Part shown: positions 58,812-64,000 of the stretch, one piece after another | How positions within the stretch are numbered: position 1 is the stretch's first letter | Layout of the letters: each line of letters opens with the position of its first letter | From: Deltaproteobacteria bacterium | GTDB lineage: Bacteria > Desulfobacterota_D > UBA1144 > Nemesobacterales > JAJCZQ01 | Assembly (NCBI GenBank): GCA_029262335.1 | Contig: JAJCZQ010000017.1 | Span: 4,033 to 68,032 of the forward strand | DNA: 64,000 nt | Direction of reading: 5' to 3' | The notes under the pieces: model-generated | What the model was told of the DNA's origin: nothing | The model's input: only the letters and a program-made list of their open reading frames with translations | The model's database searches: none | Position numbers and translations under genes: made by a program

Positions 58812-59750
58812 CTAAAGAAGGATGTACATAAACCCGAAGTAAGAGCACAGAAGAAGTGCCCCTTCAACACGTGAAATCCTGGAGCCAATCTTCATTACAG
58901 GATAGATCAGGATACTTAGTACGATCATAACCGGAAAATCTAACTTTAACGCCTCAGGGTTTATTGTGATTGGGTGAATCAGTGCTACAAGACCGAGGAT
59001 CCCGAGATTAAAGATATTACTTCCAACAACATTCCCCACAATAATTTCATGTTCGTTTTTAAGGGCAGAAAATATCGCAGTTGAAAGCTCGGGGAGAGAA
59101 GTCCCGATTGCTATTATTGTCACGCCTATAACAAGCTCGCTGAGCCCGAACATCCTTGCAAACTCAATGCCGCTGCTTACGGTCAGCCTTGCACCTAAGA
59201 TAAGAAAGAATAGCCCGGCTGTGAGCATGACGAGCTGGATAATGGGTTTTTTTGAAGAGCCGTTATTTTCGCCGTTTTCAATCTTATCGTTTTTATAACT
59301 GTAGTAGGAATAAAAGATTAATACCGGAAGCATCAGAAAAACTATAAGTCCTTCGGCCCGGCCAATGTAGTGGTTGAGTGCAATAATAAAAACCAGTATT
59401 GTAAGCAAAATCATAAAGGGAGTCTGCACTCTTGTGATGGACTGATGAATACTGATAGGTTTTATAACAGCAGCAACGCCGAGTATTAGGGCAATGTTGG
59501 CAATGTTACTCCCTACGATATTACCGACTGTAATATCGCTTGCCCCCTGGAGGGCCGCCGTAAGGCATACAACAAACTCCGGAGCGGAAGTGCCGAAAGC
59601 AACAACCGTGAGGCCAATTATAACGGGGCTTATACCAAGGTCTTTTGCAAAACGTGATGCACCCCTTACGAGTAATTCACCACCTGCGATAAGGCCCGTG
59701 ATACCGATAATAAAATAGAGAACATTAAGCATTAAAGATGTAGTTGGCAT
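58812..59750 (-). CDS. Ca2+/Na+ antiporter (CaCA/YrbG family)
   Basis: Two alpha-repeat motifs GTSAPE and GTSLPE. About 10 TM segments. ATG 59750 chosen. Confidence 0.8.
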   Translation of the reverse strand: MPTTSLMLNVLYFIIGITGLIAGGELLVRGASRFAKDLGISPVIIGLTVVAFGTSAPEFVVCLTAALQGASDITVGNIVGSNIANIALILGVAAVIKPISIHQSITRVQTPFMILLTILVFIIALNHYIGRAEGLIVFLMLPVLIFYSYYSYKNDKIENGENNGSSKKPIIQLVMLTAGLFFLILGARLTVSSGIEFARMFGLSELVIGVTIIAIGTSLPELSTAIFSALKNEHEIIVGNVVGSNIFNLGILGLVALIHPITINPEALKLDFPVMIVLSILIYPVMKIGSRISRVEGALLLCSYFGFMYILL

Positions 59751-59996
59751 ATGAGTTGTCCGGCGAGATAGAAATAATAATTGCAATAATTTTTTATAGC
59801 AAATGATTTTATACCAGATAGATTTATTTGCTATTTTAAAAATCACATTAAGCTGTTGAAATTGTTTCGTTTTTGATATAAATTAACTGTTCGCTGTAAA
59901 AGGCGATGAGGTTTGGAACAACTCTCTTACTTTTGTTTCAAAAAATACAAATTAGTTTTAAAAACTTGAGAATAGTTCTGTACGAGGAGGAGTAAT

Positions 59997-61718
59997 ATGC
60001 GTTTATTATTTAAGCCACGTGATGCAAAATATACTGGCGACGGAGACCTGCCATTCGGTAAGTTAGAAGATACACAGGAATGGAAACCGGTCACAAACTT
60101 TTTAGAACAGGGAGCCGAAATGTTCCCGGACAAACCGATGTTTAAGGTCGGTGACAGGGACGGGAAGATCGTAGGTTCCTGGACCTATAAAGAAACCAAT
60201 GAATGGGCAAACAAAGTTGCCAACTCACTCATAAATGATTTTGGAATCAAGAAGGGTGACAAAGTTGGTATGTATATGCTTAACCGCGAGGAATATGTTG
60301 TCTCCATTATCGGGATACATAAAACCGGCGGAGTTCAGGTGCCAATTAATAAAGATGAAAAAGGTGAAAGGCTCGCTTACGTAATCAACTACTCAGAGAT
60401 GAGGGCCCTTATCGTAGATGAAGGCAGTATAGATTTTATGGAAGAGATTGCAGGAGACCTTGAGAATCTCGAAGTAATTATTATCACATCAGACGATGTA
60501 CCGGAAAAAATCGGAAATATTAAAGTTCTTCCATTTTCAGCTTTTGATAATGGAAGTGATGCTAACCCGGGTGTTGATGTATCAACATCAGACATGGAAA
60601 GATGTATGTTTACATCCGGTACTACCGGAATGCCAAAAGGTGTTGCACGTGATCATGGCGGTGTTGTCATGACAGTACGTACATACCTTCAGCAGCAGGG
60701 CATAAGAAGTGAAGATACACTTATGAGCGTACTTTCACTTGGACATGCGAATGCACAGGTTATGGCTCTTTTCAGCGCTATGGGCGCAGGGGCAACTGCA
60801 GTATTTTTTCCAAGATTTTCAGCATCCAACTTCTGGAAATGGGCAGCCGACTGCGGCGCTACATGTGTGAACATGCTAGGGGCTGTTGCAGAGTATCTTT
60901 GGGCAGCACCTGACAGTGAGTGGGACAAAAAACACAATGTAAGAATTATGCTTGGATCACCTGCACCAAGAAATCTGCTGGATTTTCAGGACAGATTTAA
61001 TGTAAGGGTGATAGATGGATACGGATCAACAGAGATGGGTATGGTACTTTGGAAAGACCCTGAAGACCACAGACCAGGATCATCCGGATTCCCAATGGAA
61101 GGATACTACACAGAACTTAGAAACCCTGAGGACATTGACCAGGTAGTAAGGCCTTTCTGGGACCCAACCGGCGACATTACACCACCGGACGATGCAAAAG
61201 GGCTTCTATTTATTAAGCCTCTTGTACCAAACACAACACTAAATGAATACTTTAAAGACGAAAGAAGGACAAGAGAAGCATTCGATGACGACGGTTTCTT
61301 TAACTCAGATGACATCTTTGCACGCGGAATCGATGGCAGATACTACTTTGTCGGAAGGTTCAGCAGAATCAGGGTGTCAGGTGAAAACGTTGACCCCGTA
61401 GCAGTTCAGGACGTTGCTAATGAGTATGATGCATTACAGGAAGCAATAGCAGTTGGAATCAGGCTTCCAAACGTATCAGATGATGAGATTAAACTCTGCG
61501 TAACTCTTAAATCGGGAGCTACATTTGACCCGGTTGAGTTCAGCCACTGGATGGCAGAAAAAGTGATGGTGGCAATGGTACCAAGATTCATAGAGATCTA
61601 TGAAGACGGGTTCCCTGTGACTGCAACCCAAAAAGTAAAAGTTGCCGAAATCAAAGAGATTACGGACAAGACCTGGGACAGAAACAAAGCCGGAGTCAAA
61701 TTCAGCGCAAGAAAATAA
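59997..61718 (+). CDS. AMP-dependent synthetase/ligase, paralog of 57086..58810
   Basis: MFTSGTTGMPKGV, DGYGSTEMGMV. Collinear similarity to the upstream ligase along its whole length. Confidence 0.85.
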   Translation: MRLLFKPRDAKYTGDGDLPFGKLEDTQEWKPVTNFLEQGAEMFPDKPMFKVGDRDGKIVGSWTYKETNEWANKVANSLINDFGIKKGDKVGMYMLNREEYVVSIIGIHKTGGVQVPINKDEKGERLAYVINYSEMRALIVDEGSIDFMEEIAGDLENLEVIIITSDDVPEKIGNIKVLPFSAFDNGSDANPGVDVSTSDMERCMFTSGTTGMPKGVARDHGGVVMTVRTYLQQQGIRSEDTLMSVLSLGHANAQVMALFSAMGAGATAVFFPRFSASNFWKWAADCGATCVNMLGAVAEYLWAAPDSEWDKKHNVRIMLGSPAPRNLLDFQDRFNVRVIDGYGSTEMGMVLWKDPEDHRPGSSGFPMEGYYTELRNPEDIDQVVRPFWDPTGDITPPDDAKGLLFIKPLVPNTTLNEYFKDERRTREAFDDDGFFNSDDIFARGIDGRYYFVGRFSRIRVSGENVDPVAVQDVANEYDALQEAIAVGIRLPNVSDDEIKLCVTLKSGATFDPVEFSHWMAEKVMVAMVPRFIEIYEDGFPVTATQKVKVAEIKEITDKTWDRNKAGVKFSARK

Positions 61719-62183
61719 GTGAATGTAAAATCAGACGAACAGTTTATGCAGCTGGCTCTCGGGGAAGCCCGGGAAGCCAGCAGTATAGATGAAGTACCCG
61801 TCGGCGCAGTCATAGTAAACGCCGATGGCCAAATCCTTTCCAAAGCACACAACCTTAGAGAATCCACACAAAATCCTGTAGCACATGCAGAGATAGTTGC
61901 GATCGAAGCGGCCTGCAAAAAAACCGGCAGCTGGCGGTTAAATGAATGCACACTGTATGTAACACTCGAGCCCTGTGTGATGTGTATGGGTGCGGTTATT
62001 AATTCCAGAATTAAAAGAGTTGTATTTGGGGCTGCTGATACCAAAACCGGTGCGGTTATAAGCAATTACGGAATAGGCCTTGATGACACACTTAACCATA
62101 AACCTGAAATAACGCGTTCTGTATTAGAAGAAGAATGCAGCCAGATCTTAAAAAAGTTTTTTGAGCAGCTTAGAAACAGATAA
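61719..62183 (+). CDS. tadA: tRNA-specific adenosine deaminase
   Basis: HAEIVAIE and PCVMCMGA zinc-binding CDA motifs. GTG start, or ATG at 61746. Confidence 0.88.
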   Translation: MNVKSDEQFMQLALGEAREASSIDEVPVGAVIVNADGQILSKAHNLRESTQNPVAHAEIVAIEAACKKTGSWRLNECTLYVTLEPCVMCMGAVINSRIKRVVFGAADTKTGAVISNYGIGLDDTLNHKPEITRSVLEEECSQILKKFFEQLRNR

Positions 62184-62249
62184 CTGCTTCCGGAAAATAA
62201 TCACAGATGTTATTATGAACTGATATATACCTGCCACATTACAGCATTA

Positions 62250-63197
62250 ATGGAGATCCCGATGAACAGAAAATATATGATATTTTATTCAGCCTTTTTA
62301 TTAATTTTCGCTCTTTCCTGCAAAGACAGGTCCGCAGAACCGGAGATTATCGAATATGAGATAAAGAACAAGCCCGGCTTTACACTAAAAATAACGGACC
62401 AGGGCAGTGAACCCAGAAAACTGCTGCAGTTTAAGTACAAAGAGGGTTATACACAAATCAGGAAAATGGTAATGAAGATGGATGTTCAGATGACTATGAA
62501 CGGCAACACCTCTCCCCTGGTTAGTTCACCCCCGGTTATTATGCCAATAATCAGCACGGTAGAAAAAGTGGGTGAGAACGGTGTAGCTAAAATTAAGTAT
62601 GAAATAAAAGATATAACAGTGGGAGATGACCCAAATGCCAACGCTGAACTTGTAGACAGGCTTAAAGAGCAGTACAGCAAGATAAAAAGTATCTCCTGCA
62701 CAAGTGAATTCGACCCTTCAGGCACCAGTACCAGGCCCGAGTGTGAGTTTGATGGTGATGCCGCACTTAATATTGTCCAGTACATAGACCAGATGATGGA
62801 AAACTCCGGTAACAATATCTTTATTCCAACATATCCTGTAGGGGTAGGTGCAAAATGGGAGATATCCAGCCCAAGTATGGAATCAGGGGGGATTGTGGTC
62901 TCTTATAAATCTGTTCAGGAGCTTGTTAAACTTGAGGGGGATATTGCTGAAATTGACTCTGTTCTGACCCAGACTGCAGCAGAGCAGGAGGTAAAGTTTC
63001 CGGGGACCGATTTTAACACAAAGATTGAATCATTTAATGCAGACGGAACCGGTAAGATGGAGATTAACTTTAATGAACTTTTACCAATTGGGGATGCAAA
63101 TTCTAAAGCTGAAATTACAACTATCATACAGCTCCCGGATTCTAATGATAATAAAGTAATTACCGAAATGGATATGAATATAAAATTTACTGATTAA
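62250..63197 (+). CDS. Hypothetical lipoprotein
   Basis: Lipobox FALSCKD. 315 aa, no recognised domain. Confidence 0.45.
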   Translation: MEIPMNRKYMIFYSAFLLIFALSCKDRSAEPEIIEYEIKNKPGFTLKITDQGSEPRKLLQFKYKEGYTQIRKMVMKMDVQMTMNGNTSPLVSSPPVIMPIISTVEKVGENGVAKIKYEIKDITVGDDPNANAELVDRLKEQYSKIKSISCTSEFDPSGTSTRPECEFDGDAALNIVQYIDQMMENSGNNIFIPTYPVGVGAKWEISSPSMESGGIVVSYKSVQELVKLEGDIAEIDSVLTQTAAEQEVKFPGTDFNTKIESFNADGTGKMEINFNELLPIGDANSKAEITTIIQLPDSNDNKVITEMDMNIKFTD

Positions 63198-63387
63198 TTT
63201 TAAAATACTTTATTATTTACTCAATATTTCTATGCAATATCTTGCATAGCATCCCGTATAATGTCATATCTTCTCGAAATTGCAAAGTAAAGCATGGTCT
63301 TTATTAATGGAATTTCCCTTATTAGTGAATAAGAATGGCATTAATATTGCATAATACATTATATAATCGATTTTTTCAGGGGAATAA

Positions 63388-64000
63388 AATGTTAATTGAA
63401 CAGAATATATATACTGATGCTAACGGCTGGGTTAAAAAGGGGGTCAATTTAGATAAATCGGCTGACCTTGTTTACGTATTCGGATCAAGAGAAAAACTTG
63501 AGGAAAGTGATCTTACCGACTATCTATTTAGACTTTATCCGGATTCGGAGTTTATAGGATGTTCTACTTCGGGCGAGATAAGCGGAATAAATGTAATTGA
63601 CGACAGTATAGTTGCTACAGCCATAAAATTTGAAAATACTGATGTAAAAAGTGCCTACACAACTGTTTCAGGCAAAGATGACAGTTTTAATGCAGGAAAA
63701 AGACTCGGAGGGTTGTTTCAGTCTGAAGGGCTCCGTCATCTTTTTGTATTGTCCGAGGGAATAAATATCAACGGTGATGAACTGGTCAGGGGTTTAAAAG
63801 AAAATCTTCCCGACTATGTAAATGTAACCGGCGGTTTGTCAGGGGACGCGGACAGATTTGAAAAAACAGTTGTATTAACAAAAGACAAGGTAGATTACAA
63901 GCTTGTAACCGCTGTAGGTTTTTATGGGGAAAATATAAAAATTGGTTTCGGTTCACTAGGTGGTTGGGACAGCTTCGGGCCTGAAAGGCTTATAACAAAA
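63388..64000 (+). CDS. FIST-domain signal-transduction protein (5' partial, runs off window)
   Basis: ATG 63388. DLVYVFGS...GCSTSGEISG...HLFVLSEGININGDELV pattern of the FIST N domain. Not in the supplied ORF track because it has no stop in the window. Confidence 0.55.

Overview
AT-rich bacterial chromosomal window, coding on both strands, with strong GGAGG-type Shine-Dalgarno sites and many signal-peptide or lipoprotein genes. AsmA/YdbH-family proteins, a PpiD/SurA-like chaperone and a lytic transglycosylase point to a diderm (Gram-negative-type) organism. The housekeeping backbone is clear: SMC, SecA, a MoxR ATPase, FolK, FolD, pterin-4a-carbinolamine dehydratase, ThiD, TadA, a phosphohexomutase, anthranilate/aminodeoxychorismate synthase components I and II, two acyl-CoA-synthetase-like ligases, a CaCA antiporter, an ECF sigma/anti-sigma pair flanked by two Spy/CpxP-like genes, and a CofD-like protein. 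Accessory content is interleaved with it. (1) Five paralogs of an unrecognised secreted protein family of about 330-355 aa, three in tandem at 7.8-11.3 kb and single copies at 35.6 kb and 49.6 kb. They share blocks such as DLRDRESF, NLCNENNFFD, FSCRD..F(S/A)CV, GGELLCPGN and GLNNGNGRGS, with variable loops between them. Each copy carries a conserved 3' hairpin terminator, GGGAGCA-N14-TGCTCCC. (2) A 6-kb insert between folK and folD holds a 986-aa thaumatin (PR-5)-like protein with a very large CxxDSDC-repeat cysteine-rich insertion and a C-terminal tripartite sorting-signal-like tail, preceded by a near-consensus sigma-54 -24/-12 element. The same insert carries a small tandem-repeat secreted protein, a CAP (PR-1)-like lipoprotein and paralog 4. 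(3) An animal-type heme peroxidase lies directly upstream of paralog 5. (4) Four copies of a roughly 300-bp hairpin-rich interspersed repeat, plus mosaics of shorter repeat modules (GTCATTGCGAGGA...GCAATC, GGGAATCCAGAAT and others), fill several long intergenic regions. These bracket a TPR lipoprotein/C39-like peptidase/membrane protein triad and a small islet carrying a HigB/HigA-like toxin-antitoxin pair, a 3-TM protein plus HNH nuclease, and a PAS protein. (5) A ydbH-like giant AsmA-family gene is followed by a fused YnbE/YdbL-like lipoprotein gene. No rRNA, tRNA or CRISPR arrays were recognised. Every product call is based on motif recognition by eye and needs confirmation by database search.
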